Shown here one piece after another: positions 1-6,937 of a DNA stretch of 64,000 bases (positions are counted from its first letter, which is position 1; every line of letters starts with the position of its first letter). The stretch is from a virus: the IMG/VR virus record IMGVR_UViG_3300037247_000810, positions 39,460 to 103,459 of that record. One strand, given 5' to 3'. Below the pieces are notes generated by a model that saw nothing but the letters and a program-made list of their open reading frames with translations, made no database searches and was not told the DNA's origin. Position numbers and translations under genes: made by a program.

Positions 1-487
1 GGATTGTCTCCTCAGAGCAGCCGAACTTCGCGCAGAGGAACCGCACCATGCGGGCAATCCCGACCGTGGCCTGGCGCATCATCTGGAGCGTCGGCCCCAC
101 GATGCCGAACAGGTATTCGGTGCCGGGTGGGCCTTCGTCAACCTTCTTCTGAATCTCCCGCCAGAGCCAGTGGGGGCCAACGTGCGACTTGCCGCCCTGA
201 GACCCCGCCAAGAGGATTGTGTTTAGGGTCTCCCTATCATACCAGACAGGCTTCTGACCCCAGTGCGGGGTAAAAGTTGCGGCCATAGGGCCAACCTTCT
301 TGACATCGCCCAGTACACGGCGTGGGCGACGCACCTCGACGACGTTGCCCGTGACCTTGTACGCGGTCGTGGGCAGTCGAAGGTTGCCGTTGGCGGTGGA
401 GATGTAAGTGGTCATACCGATCAAGTTTCTTATCCTTGATCAATTGTAACCGCTGGCCTCCTAGCGGTCTAGGATTTGGGCCACTTC

Positions 488-721
488 TCATTCGGACGGG
501 GTGCGGGTGCCAAACAGCGCGCCGACCACGATGCCGAATGTGGTCGTGATCGATCCCAAGACGACGGGCAGCAAGTCCTTGATGACGCCGCCATCCTCCA
601 AGCCCAGGTACGTGAACAGCGCGTGTAGGCCCAGCAGCGAAGCCGCCAGGAACAGAACGCCGCCGAAGGCCCCGAATGCGATGGTGCGTGCCGTCAACGT
701 CAGTGGTTGTCCGTTAGCCAT
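488..721 (-). CDS. small 2-TM membrane protein (holin-like)
   Basis: ATG at 721 with GGGGAAG RBS; two hydrophobic segments. Confidence 0.6.
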   Translation of the reverse strand: MANGQPLTLTARTIAFGAFGGVLFLAASLLGLHALFTYLGLEDGGVIKDLLPVVLGSITTTFGIVVGALFGTRTPSE

Positions 722-923
722 TGTCTTCCCCCTTCTCAATAGTGATGCCGCCCTCCTGCTGGAGTACGATCACGTCGCCTTCCTGGAGGTGCAAGCTCAA
801 AGTACTCATGGGTGGCACCGTGTCGGGTGCCGCACTGAGACTCGCCGTTGTCACCTCGACTGGGCGATCCGTGATCGTGAACGGCACGGGTTGGATACGG
901 TCGTTCCTAATCGTGATCTTCAT
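714..923 (-). CDS. hypothetical protein
   Basis: MKITIRN start, tiles between neighbouring genes. Confidence 0.55.
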   Translation of the reverse strand: MKITIRNDRIQPVPFTITDRPVEVTTASLSAAPDTVPPMSTLSLHLQEGDVIVLQQEGGITIEKGEDNG

Positions 924-1542
924 CAGCCTCGAATACCTCCTCCCATTTGGGATCATCCCCATTTTCGCCAGCCGGGGCCTTCTCCTCGTCCTCCGACTGC
1001 TTTTCTGGTTCTACGGGCGGCTGCTTGGTGCTCCCGCGCCCAGCGCGGACGAGTCGGATACCTTCCGCCTCGGCGATGGCCCGGTTCCACCCGTCGATGG
1101 CATCCAGCAGTGACTTGTGATGGGCCGCGCCCACCTCATCCAGCGTAATCCAAGTCGCGTCAATGAGCCGATGAAGGCGCTGGATGTACTCGTCACGGGC
1201 CGCCTCCGAGCCTTTCTTCCCGCGCTCCTCCTTGACCTCCCTGATGATTACCCGAACAGTGTCGTGGACATTCCCCAGACCCTCAATGAGAATGCTGTAT
1301 GGCGACTCTGGGTCGGCGAGTGCCATAAAGATTTCCTCGCTCAGATAGCCCGCCACAACCATCTCTCCAATTGCTTGGCCGCGCAACTTATTGAGCCCGC
1401 CGCGCCCTTTGTTAGAGAAGACCACGGCGGCAGCGGCGCGCTGGGCATCACTCAACCCGTCCTTGGAATCCCATAGCCCCTTGAGACGGCGTAGCTGATT
1501 GAGCCGAGCATAGGCACTAATCGGTAGGTGTGGCTTAGTCAT
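907..1542 (-). CDS. hypothetical protein with acidic C-terminus
   Basis: 211-aa ORF, protein-like composition. Confidence 0.65.
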   Translation of the reverse strand: MTKPHLPISAYARLNQLRRLKGLWDSKDGLSDAQRAAAAVVFSNKGRGGLNKLRGQAIGEMVVAGYLSEEIFMALADPESPYSILIEGLGNVHDTVRVIIREVKEERGKKGSEAARDEYIQRLHRLIDATWITLDEVGAAHHKSLLDAIDGWNRAIAEAEGIRLVRAGRGSTKQPPVEPEKQSEDEEKAPAGENGDDPKWEEVFEADEDHD

Positions 1543-1573
1543 ACACTGATAGCCTACCACAGTCGCAGGCGAG

Positions 1574-1603
1574 TTGACAAGGGCGGGCCAGAACAGGTAC
1601 TAT
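1574..1603 (+). promoter_or_regulatory. sigma70 promoter, probably giving a leaderless mRNA
   Basis: TTGACA-N18-TACTAT; in-frame GTG 7 nt downstream at 1610. Confidence 0.65.
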
Positions 1604-1609
1604 GGCCCT

Positions 1610-2017
1610 GTGACTAGCTCATCTACAAAACGGGGGCATTCCGTCGAGGCGCGCCGTGCGGAGTTAGACCGAGCGCTCCGCAGGCCCCGTCGGGTTCTGT
1701 GGTCGTACTGTCCGCATCACGAAGGCGGATATTACTTCTTCGGCATCAGCATCCAATCATGGGGCGGCGGTGAGGAAGAACGCTGGAGTGCTGACCCGGA
1801 TATGCGGAAGATCAGGGGCACCTGTATGTGGTGCGGGAAGCGCACGATCTTCTTTGTCAATGCTGATGAACTAGAGAAACACCGATACACACCCATTGAA
1901 CTCTGCCTATGTGGGCTCCCGGACTATCACAAGGCCCCTTCCGTCACCTTCCTTCAAGAATACAACGCTATGGGCGTAGTTTGCCGACCCAATGGCCGTC
2001 AAGAAGCCAACGTTTGA
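1610..2017 (+). CDS. Cys/His-rich hypothetical protein (Zn-binding)
   Basis: CPHH, CMWC and CLC motifs; lies after promoter. Confidence 0.55.
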   Translation: MTSSSTKRGHSVEARRAELDRALRRPRRVLWSYCPHHEGGYYFFGISIQSWGGGEEERWSADPDMRKIRGTCMWCGKRTIFFVNADELEKHRYTPIELCLCGLPDYHKAPSVTFLQEYNAMGVVCRPNGRQEANV

Positions 2018-2657
2018 CGAACTCACGGAGGAGAGCCGCTACGCCGGGCCGCGCCGGACGCCAGTACTCGATCACGCAGCAGTCACTAAGGCCGTAATCG
2101 AATGGTTCCAGAACAAGAGCCAATGGCGGGCAGCCGAGACCGAGATGGCGCTGCCGACGAGCCCCCGTCGAAAGGCGACTCCGAAGTCTGCCCCATCTAC
2201 CATCGTGCGGCGGGCCGATGTCATCGCGTTCAATTCCGCCGACCACGAATTCTACATCATCGAAGTCAAGGCCCAGTGGAACGACTTCCACCAAGACCGC
2301 AAGTTCTTCGACTATCGCAAGTGGTGTAACTGGTTCGCCTTCGCCGTGCCGGAGGAGCTAGCCGTATGCGCCCGGCGACGGATGGATGACATCCCTGGCT
2401 GGTACGAGGGTGTGGGCCTGCTCGTGATCCCCAATGACTACAGTGATCGGCGAATGGTGCGACGGCCGAAGAAGTACGAAATGTCAGACGAGGACTACCG
2501 CTCGATGGCCGAGCGGTGGGGGCTGTCTTGTTGGGGACGGCTGATCGGGACGCGCACGAAGATCGCCGAGCTAGAGTGGCAGCTAAAGAATATCCGGTCA
2601 GATGTCCGCCAATTGCAGAAGAAGCTAGGCGACTCGAATCCTACCCTCTACCCGTAA
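1992..2657 (+). CDS. MmcB-like PD-(D/E)XK nuclease
   Basis: RADVIA...IIEVKAQWNDFHQDRKFFDYRKWCNWFAFAVP resembles the MmcB family motif. Confidence 0.7.
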   Translation: MAVKKPTFDELTEESRYAGPRRTPVLDHAAVTKAVIEWFQNKSQWRAAETEMALPTSPRRKATPKSAPSTIVRRADVIAFNSADHEFYIIEVKAQWNDFHQDRKFFDYRKWCNWFAFAVPEELAVCARRRMDDIPGWYEGVGLLVIPNDYSDRRMVRRPKKYEMSDEDYRSMAERWGLSCWGRLIGTRTKIAELEWQLKNIRSDVRQLQKKLGDSNPTLYP

Positions 2658-2662
2658 CGCCA

Positions 2663-2974
2663 ATGTATCCAATTCTGCCGGGGCCAAAGGATTACAGCCT
2701 AGAGGACGCGGAGTGCGAGAAGCCCTTCGCCATTTACGTTTGGGAATCGCCGCTCTGCCCGCGATGCGGGCAATGGCTTCGGCCCGTGGATATGCGGCCA
2801 GTTGGACAACCGTTCCAGGCAACCGCTGCCTGCCCGTCCTATCACGGACTACTCATTCACAACCAAACGGTCTGGGCTGATCTCCGTCCCCCGAAGGCCC
2901 AGAGGGGAGGCGACGGGGCCTGGTGTTCGAGTCTCACCGCCGAACAATTACGGGTGATGGCCGCGGAGTATTAA
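2663..2974 (+). CDS. Zn-ribbon hypothetical protein
   Basis: CPRCG and CPSYH motifs. Confidence 0.5.
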   Translation: MYPILPGPKDYSLEDAECEKPFAIYVWESPLCPRCGQWLRPVDMRPVGQPFQATAACPSYHGLLIHNQTVWADLRPPKAQRGGDGAWCSSLTAEQLRVMAAEY

Positions 2975-2979
2975 ATGCG

Positions 2980-3010
2980 AACACCGCGCCCCAATTAGAG
3001 GCGCGGTGCT
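2980..3010. terminator. GC-rich hairpin between convergent transcripts; likely end of the tRNA operon
   Basis: CACCGCGCC / GGCGCGGTG stem; U-tract weak. Confidence 0.65.
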
Positions 3011-3240
3011 GATATGTGACGGGTGACTTGGGGGCGGCCGGTGTGGGCAACTCAGACCCGCAAGTCTTCGATTCCTCTCAGACCTTGGCACTTGCTTCCG
3101 GTCTGGATTATTTCAACGCCGCCCGTCCGACGTTAGCCCACGGGATCACACACCTGACCCGTGGGGAAACGCAGTGGCCCGCGCGGGTGCTACCACTGTC
3201 CACGTCTTCGGGCAAGCCCTACTGGTGAACTTACGCAGGC
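3011..3240 (-). ncRNA. unassigned structured RNA (~220 nt) at the 3' end of the operon
   Basis: helices GCCCG/CGGGC, GACGT/ACGTC, CCCACGGG/CCCGTGGG, CAGACC/GGTCTG, GCAAGT/ACTTGC; no credible ORF. Confidence 0.5.
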
Positions 3241-3286
3241 CGGTGCCGGTGGAGGGAGTCGAACCCTCTTCTTACCCTTGACCGGC
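3241..3286 (-). ncRNA. anticodon-less mini-tRNA A (acceptor + T arm)
   Basis: GCCGGT..ACCGGC stem, GAGGG-TTCGACT-CCCTC T arm, short linker, ends ACCG. Confidence 0.7.
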
Positions 3287-3361
3287 TGGAGCCATCGGAG
3301 GGAATCGAACCCTCTCCTGCGGTTTACGAAACCGCTGCACAGCCACTTGTGCTTCGATGGC
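3287..3361 (-). tRNA. tRNA-Thr(CGT)
   Basis: cloverleaf, loop TTCGTAA, encoded CCA. Confidence 0.93.
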
Positions 3362-3447
3362 TGGTAGCCTCGGCGAGAGTCGAACTCGCACGCCGTTTCC
3401 GGCCGGGGCTTCTAAGACCCCTACGTCTACCATTCCGTCACGAGGCT
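3362..3447 (-). tRNA. tRNA-Leu(TAG)
   Basis: loop CTTAGAA, long variable arm; A1 shared with the terminal A of the upstream tRNA. Confidence 0.9.
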
Positions 3448-3522
3448 GGTACACCTGGTAGGAGTCGAACCTACAATCTCTCGGATGTGAACCGAGCGCC
3501 TTAGCCTTTGGGCCACAGGTGC
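3447..3522 (-). tRNA. tRNA-Val(CAC)
   Basis: loop TTCACAT, CCA. Confidence 0.88.
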
Positions 3523-3597
3523 TGGTGCTTCGGGACGGATTTGAACCGCCGACGCCGCGCTCTTCAGGCGCGCGCTCTACCCCTGAGCTACCGAAGC
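3523..3597 (-). tRNA. tRNA-Phe(GAA)
   Basis: loop CTGAAGA, CCA. Confidence 0.95.
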
Positions 3598-3598
3598 G

Positions 3599-3675
<77 letters not shown>

Positions 3676-3750
3676 TGGAGCGGAAGAAGGGACTCGAACC
3701 CTCGACATTCTCGTTGGCAACGAGACATTCTACCACTGAATTACTTCCGC
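3676..3750 (-). tRNA. tRNA-Gly(GCC)
   Basis: loop TTGCCAA, U73, CCA. Confidence 0.95.
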
Positions 3751-3837
3751 TGGTGTCACCGGCGAGAGTCGAACTCGCACCCCCTTGCGGGGACAAGGCT
3801 CTCAACCTTGCATGTCTACCTGTTCCATCACGGTGAC
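3751..3837 (-). tRNA. tRNA-Leu(GAG)
   Basis: loop TTGAGAG, long variable arm. Confidence 0.93.
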
Positions 3838-3913
3838 TGGTGAACTCGGTAGGAATCGAACCTACGACATCCGACGTATCAGATCGGCGCTCTAACCCCT
3901 GAGCTACGAGTCC
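3838..3913 (-). tRNA. tRNA-Ile(GAT)
   Basis: loop CTGATAC, CCA. Confidence 0.94.
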
Positions 3914-3989
3914 TGGTGACAGCGGGTGGACTTGAACCACCGGCCTTCGCCTTATGAGGGCGCTGCTCTACCAACTGAGCTACGCTGCC
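3914..3989 (-). tRNA. tRNA-Met(CAT), elongator-like (Ile2 not excluded)
   Basis: loop CTCATAA, G1-C72 paired. Confidence 0.88.
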
Positions 3990-4067
3990 TGGTAGCCCCA
4001 GCAGGATTCGAACCTGCGACGTTCCGCTTAAGAGGCGGCTGCTCTGGCCGGACTGAGCTATGGGGCC
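3990..4067 (-). tRNA. tRNA-Lys(CTT)
   Basis: loop CTCTTAA, CCA. Confidence 0.93.
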
Positions 4068-4153
4068 TGGTGCGCAAGGAGGGAATCGAACCCTCAAACC
4101 CTAGTGGGCACACGGTTCTGAGCCGTGCGTGTTTACCGTTTCACCACTCGCGC
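4068..4153 (-). tRNA. tRNA-Leu(CAG)
   Basis: loop CTCAGAA, long variable arm. Confidence 0.93.
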
Positions 4154-4241
4154 TGGTGGGGCAGGTAGGACTCGAACCTACGGAGACCGTTAAGGCCAGC
4201 AGGGTTACAGCCTGCCGCAATTGCCGCTATGCGACTACCCC
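4154..4241 (-). tRNA. tRNA-Tyr(GTA)
   Basis: loop CTGTAAC, long variable arm. Confidence 0.94.
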
Positions 4242-4243
4242 TT

Positions 4244-4317
4244 TGGAGACCCCGGCCGGATTCGAACCGACGATAACCGGGTTGCAGCCGGTTGCCTTAC
4301 CACTTGGCCACGGGGTC
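4244..4317 (-). tRNA. tRNA-Cys(GCA)
   Basis: loop CTGCAAC, U73. Confidence 0.94.
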
Positions 4318-4390
4318 TGGCACACCTGGTAGGAGTCGAACCTACTCTCACGGGTTTGGAGTCCGGTCGGCGCATCCCGCGCTCAGGTGC
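4318..4390 (-). tRNA. tRNA-Trp(CCA), atypical D arm
   Basis: loop CTCCAAA, G73; D arm GCGC-GGGAT-GCGC. Confidence 0.87.
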
Positions 4391-4465
4391 TGGCTGTCGG
4401 ACTAGGATTCGAACCTAGAACTTCCTGATTCAGAGTCAGGCGTCATACCGTTAGACCATCCGACA
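4391..4465 (-). tRNA. tRNA-Gln(CTG)
   Basis: loop CTCTGAA, U1-A72. Confidence 0.94.
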
Positions 4466-4539
4466 TGGATGCGGGAGCAGGAATCGAACCTGCATTCACG
4501 GGTTCAAAGTCCGACGTCCGACCTTTAGACGATCCCGCA
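4466..4539 (-). tRNA. tRNA-Gln(TTG)
   Basis: loop CTTTGAA, U1-A72. Confidence 0.92.
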
Positions 4540-4626
4540 TGGTGCGCCGGGAGGGAGTCGAACCCTCATGCCCCTGGAAGCACACGGGTTTGAGCCGTGC
4601 GTGTCTACCAATTTCACCACCGACGC
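4540..4626 (-). tRNA. tRNA-Leu(CAA)
   Basis: loop CTCAAAC, long variable arm. Confidence 0.93.
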
Positions 4627-4704
4627 TGGTGGGCCAGGTGGGAGTCGAACCCACAAGAGACACGGGGTTTAAGCCCGCCGCATATACCATTCTGCTACTG
4701 GCCT
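4627..4704 (-). tRNA. tRNA-Leu(TAA), short variable loop
   Basis: loop CTTAAAC; 7-nt variable region; A1:C72 mismatch. Confidence 0.85.
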
Positions 4705-4780
4705 TGGCACCAGAGGTAGGACTCGAACCTACAACCAACCGCTTAACAGGCGGCCGCGCTACCTATTGCGCCACTCTGGT
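4705..4780 (-). tRNA. tRNA-Asn(GTT)
   Basis: loop CTGTTAA, G73. Confidence 0.93.
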
Positions 4781-4849
4781 TGGAGCCAGGGGCGGGATTC
4801 GAACCCGCGTCTACAGACTTACAAGGCCCTAGACAACCTGTTACCTGGC
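4781..4849 (-). tRNA. tRNA-Thr(TGT), D-arm-less, 69 nt
   Basis: GCC..GGC acceptor, intact T arm and CCA, loop CTTGTAA, extended anticodon helix GTCTA/TAGAC. Confidence 0.7.
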
Positions 4850-4939
4850 TGGCGAAGCGAGCAGGATTCGAACCTGCGAGACCTTACGGCCCACCGCGTT
4901 AGCAGCGCGGCGCATTCAACCTGACTCTGCCACCGCTTC
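4850..4939 (-). tRNA. tRNA-Ser(GCT)
   Basis: loop CTGCTAA, long variable arm, G73. Confidence 0.93.
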
Positions 4940-4951
4940 TGGCACCGCTTC

Positions 4952-5027
4952 TGGCACCCTCGGCAGGAGTTGAACCCGCGACATCCTGGTTCGAAGCCAG
5001 GCACTCTGTCCACTGAGCTACGAGGGC
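4952..5027 (-). tRNA. tRNA-Arg(TCG)
   Basis: loop CTTCGAA, A20. Confidence 0.92.
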
Positions 5028-5105
5028 TGGTATCCGTGAGAGGGCTCGAACCTCCGGCCTCAGCCTTCGCAGGGCTGCGCTCTTATCCAACTGAGCTACA
5101 CGGAC
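5028..5105 (-). tRNA. tRNA-Arg(GCG)
   Basis: loop CTGCGAA, A20. Confidence 0.92.
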
Positions 5106-5192
5106 TGGCGGAAGGTGAGGGATTCGAACCCCCAAGGCCCATCACGCCCAACCGCTTTCAAGGCGGTGTACCACACCAATGGCAGACCTTCC
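5106..5192 (-). tRNA. tRNA-Ser(TGA) with selC-like D arm
   Basis: loop CTTGAAA, 7-bp acceptor GGAAGGT, 6-bp D stem with 4-nt loop. Confidence 0.85.
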
Positions 5193-5280
5193 TGGAGGAG
5201 ACGGTGGGATTCGAACCCACGAGACCTTGCAGCCCACTCGCTTTCGAGGCGAGCGCTTTCATCCACTCAGCCACATCTCC
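5193..5280 (-). tRNA. tRNA-Ser(CGA)
   Basis: loop CTCGAAA, long variable arm. Confidence 0.93.
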
Positions 5281-5368
5281 TGGCGGACGCTGTAGGATTC
5301 GAACCTACGGTGCCTTGCGACACACACGCTTTCCAGACGTGCCCGTTAAACCACTCCGGCAAGCATCC
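5281..5368 (-). tRNA. tRNA-Ser(GGA)
   Basis: loop CTGGAAA, long variable arm. Confidence 0.93.
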
Positions 5369-5453
5369 GTGTGCGGCGGCCTGCATCACAGTGTGCCTAC
5401 TAACATATAGGGTGGAGCCCAATGTTTCGGCACACGCCGCCGCCATCCACATT
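5369..5453 (-). ncRNA. unassigned ~85-nt hairpin RNA with loop-E-like motif
   Basis: GCGGCGGC/GCCGCCGC, GTGTGCC/GGCACAC, GAA/AGTA internal loop, AACAT/ATGTT. Confidence 0.55.
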
Positions 5454-5501
5454 CTGTGTCGGCTGCGGGAATCGAACCCACCTAACACCAGTTTAGCCGA
5501 C
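5454..5501 (-). ncRNA. anticodon-less mini-tRNA B
   Basis: 7-bp GTCGGCT/AGCCGAC, T arm GTGGG-TTCGATT-CCCGC, 13-nt linker containing TGG. Confidence 0.72.
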
Positions 5502-5578
5502 TGGCGACCCCTACGGGATTTGAACCCGTGACCTCCGCCTTGACAGGGCGGCGAGCACAACCACTGCTCCAAGGGGCC
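5502..5578 (-). tRNA. tRNA-Asp(GTC)
   Basis: loop CTGTCAA, G73. Confidence 0.95.
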
Positions 5579-5663
5579 TCGTTGCTAGCGCAGGTGCCCT
5601 TGGCCTTGGCTCCCCGACCGACCCGCTAGCTAGTCGACCGGATCAACGCTGTACCGAAGGGCT
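5579..5663 (-). ncRNA. unassigned ~85-nt structured, possibly pseudoknotted RNA
   Basis: GCCCTT/AAGGGC followed by ACC, GCTAGCG/CGCTAGC, CGTTG/CAACG. Confidence 0.45.
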
Positions 5664-5739
5664 TGGTGGCGGAGGCAGGATTCGAACCGACGTTCTCTTG
5701 CTTATGAGGCAAGCGAGATGACCACTTCTCCACTCCGCT
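5664..5739 (-). tRNA. tRNA-Met(CAT), initiator-like
   Basis: loop CTCATAA, 1:72 mismatch, A11-U24; lacks the 3 GC anticodon-stem pairs. Confidence 0.82.
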
Positions 5740-5814
5740 TGGCGGCCCATCAGGGAATCGAACCCTGCTCTGATGCTTGAGGGGCATCTATCCTATCCGA
5801 TAGACGAATGGGCC
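5740..5814 (-). tRNA. tRNA-Glu(CTC)
   Basis: loop CCCTCAA, 4-nt variable loop. Confidence 0.92.
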
Positions 5815-5890
5815 TGGTCGGGACGGCAGGATTCTAACCTGCGATTCCGTGCTCCCAAAGCACGTGTGTTGAACACTACACTACGCCCCG
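5815..5890 (-). tRNA. tRNA-Pro(TGG)
   Basis: loop TTTGGGA, C1-G72; T loop TTAGAAT. Confidence 0.9.
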
Positions 5891-5967
5891 TGGTCGGAGT
5901 TGCAAGACTCGAACTTGCGGCCCCCGCGTCCCGAACGCGGTGCTCTTCCTGGCTGAGCTAAACTCCG
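5891..5967 (-). tRNA. tRNA-Pro(CGG)
   Basis: loop TTCGGGA, C1-G72. Confidence 0.93.
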
Positions 5968-6043
5968 TGGGGTGATCGAGGAGATTTGAACTCCCGCTAA
6001 GAGGGCCACAACCTCTTGTGCTAACCACTACACTACGACCACC
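5968..6043 (-). tRNA. tRNA-His(GTG)
   Basis: loop TTGTGGC, encoded G-1:C73. Confidence 0.94.
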
Positions 6044-6044
6044 T

Positions 6045-6118
6045 TGGAGCGCCTAGCGGGAATCGAACCCGCGAACTCTGCTTGGAAGGCAGATATGTTG
6101 CCCCTACATCACAGGCGC
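6045..6118 (-). tRNA. tRNA-Gly(TCC)
   Basis: loop CTTCCAA, U73. Confidence 0.94.
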
Positions 6119-6193
6119 TGGTACGGGCGGTGGGACTCGAACCCACACCGAACGGTTTAAAAGACCGCTGCTCTGCCTTCGAGCTACACCCGC
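6119..6193 (-). tRNA. tRNA-Lys(TTT)
   Basis: loop CTTTTAA. Confidence 0.92.
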
Positions 6194-6269
6194 TGGTAGC
6201 GTCGACGGGATTCGAACCCGCTCCGTCCGGTTTGAAAGACCGGCGACCTATCCTGTAGTCGACGACGCT
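6194..6269 (-). tRNA. tRNA-Glu(TTC)
   Basis: loop CTTTCAA. Confidence 0.92.
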
Positions 6270-6345
6270 TGGAGCCTTCGGCGAGATTCGAACTCGCTGC
6301 CTCGTTCTTACCAAGAACGCGCTCTACCAATTGAGCTACGAAGGC
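6270..6345 (-). tRNA. tRNA-Thr(GGT)
   Basis: loop TTGGTAA. Confidence 0.94.
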
Positions 6346-6353
6346 TTGTTATC

Positions 6354-6683
6354 GAGCAATCGGGTCGTAAGCCGCTTTCTGTTTCTCTGCCTACATCTCT
6401 CTAGCTGTCACGCGGTCGCTGCCAAACTACCCGCCGCGCCTCCGGCCCCCTAACGCAATCCGTCTTTTCACACGACCTCCGTGTCTCCGGGTCTCGGCAG
6501 GCTCGGTGGCCCGCTACCCGTAGTCGCTGTTCGTGACATCTCGCCGGTCTCTTGCCCGACGGCCCGCCTTATTAGGGACGGGTAGGTTGTTTGGCGGCCG
6601 AGCGGACTTTCCTCAAGGGCCTCGTGGTGCAAACGCCTCGCGGCTCCCACCAGACGATCCTGCGTAGGCACGTCCGATTGCTC
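6354..6683 (-). ncRNA. rnpB: RNase P RNA (divergent, reduced)
   Basis: CR-I GAGGAAAGTCCGCT and CR-V ACAGAAAGCGGCTTA form P4 with a bulged U; P1 GAGCAATCGG/CCGATTGCTC; P2 TGCCTAC/GTAGGCA; CR-IV-like CTAGAGAGATG. Confidence 0.92.
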
Positions 6684-6686
6684 TCT

Positions 6687-6737
6687 TGGCAGCCGGTCGC
6701 GGAATCGAACCGCACGGAGGTCAACCAGACCCCGGCT
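6687..6737 (-). ncRNA. anticodon-less mini-tRNA C (acceptor + mini D arm + T arm + GCCA)
   Basis: AGCCGG/CCGGCT, GGTC-TGGTT-GACC, TGCGG-TTCGATT-CCGCG; directly 5' of the RNase P RNA. Confidence 0.72.
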
Positions 6738-6812
6738 TGGTGCCCTGAGCGGGAATCGAACCCGCATCTGCCGCTTAGGAGGCGGCTGCGCTATCCATTA
6801 CGCCATCAGGGT
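6738..6812 (-). tRNA. tRNA-Arg(CCT)
   Basis: loop CTCCTAA, A20. Confidence 0.92.
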
Positions 6813-6887
6813 TCAATAGGCATCCGTGCCGATGGCCTTCCTGGCCCCAATACCACGGCCCGCCTGAGTTAAGGCACACGGGCCGGA
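6813..6887 (-). ncRNA. unassigned ~75-nt structured RNA
   Basis: CGGCCCG/CGGGCCG, CCT/AGG, possible pseudoknot GTGCC/GGCAC. Confidence 0.4.
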
Positions 6888-6936
6888 CGGTCGACTGCGC
6901 GGGGATTTGACCCCATAGCGCCAAGCGCCGCAGCCG
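6888..6936 (-). ncRNA. anticodon-less mini-tRNA D
   Basis: CGGCTGCG/CGCAGTCG, GCG-CTTGG-CGC, GGGG-TCAAAT-CCCC, ends ACCG. Confidence 0.62.
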
Positions 6937-6937
6937 T

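Noticed and set aside
1-491. gene calls at the left edge
   Set aside because: no convincing RBS or protein motif; window-edge context is missing
3011-3286. tmRNA (standard or permuted)
   Set aside because: no G3:U70 Ala acceptor, the module pairs locally, and no tag ORF ending in AA is evident
5106-5192. true tRNA-Sec or stop-codon suppressor
   Set aside because: anticodon is TGA, not TCA, and the acceptor is 7 bp; no CTA, TTA or TCA anticodon in the array, and genes tile normally under code 11
5369-5453. hammerhead ribozyme or SRP RNA
   Set aside because: GAAAC is present but there is no CUGANGA core in the right topology and no CAGG/GNRA/AGCAG SRP motif
6813-6887. theta/HDV-like ribozyme
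   Set aside because: P1/P3-like nesting is present, but the L3 UCC, P1.1 and catalytic C-containing J4/2 consensus are not
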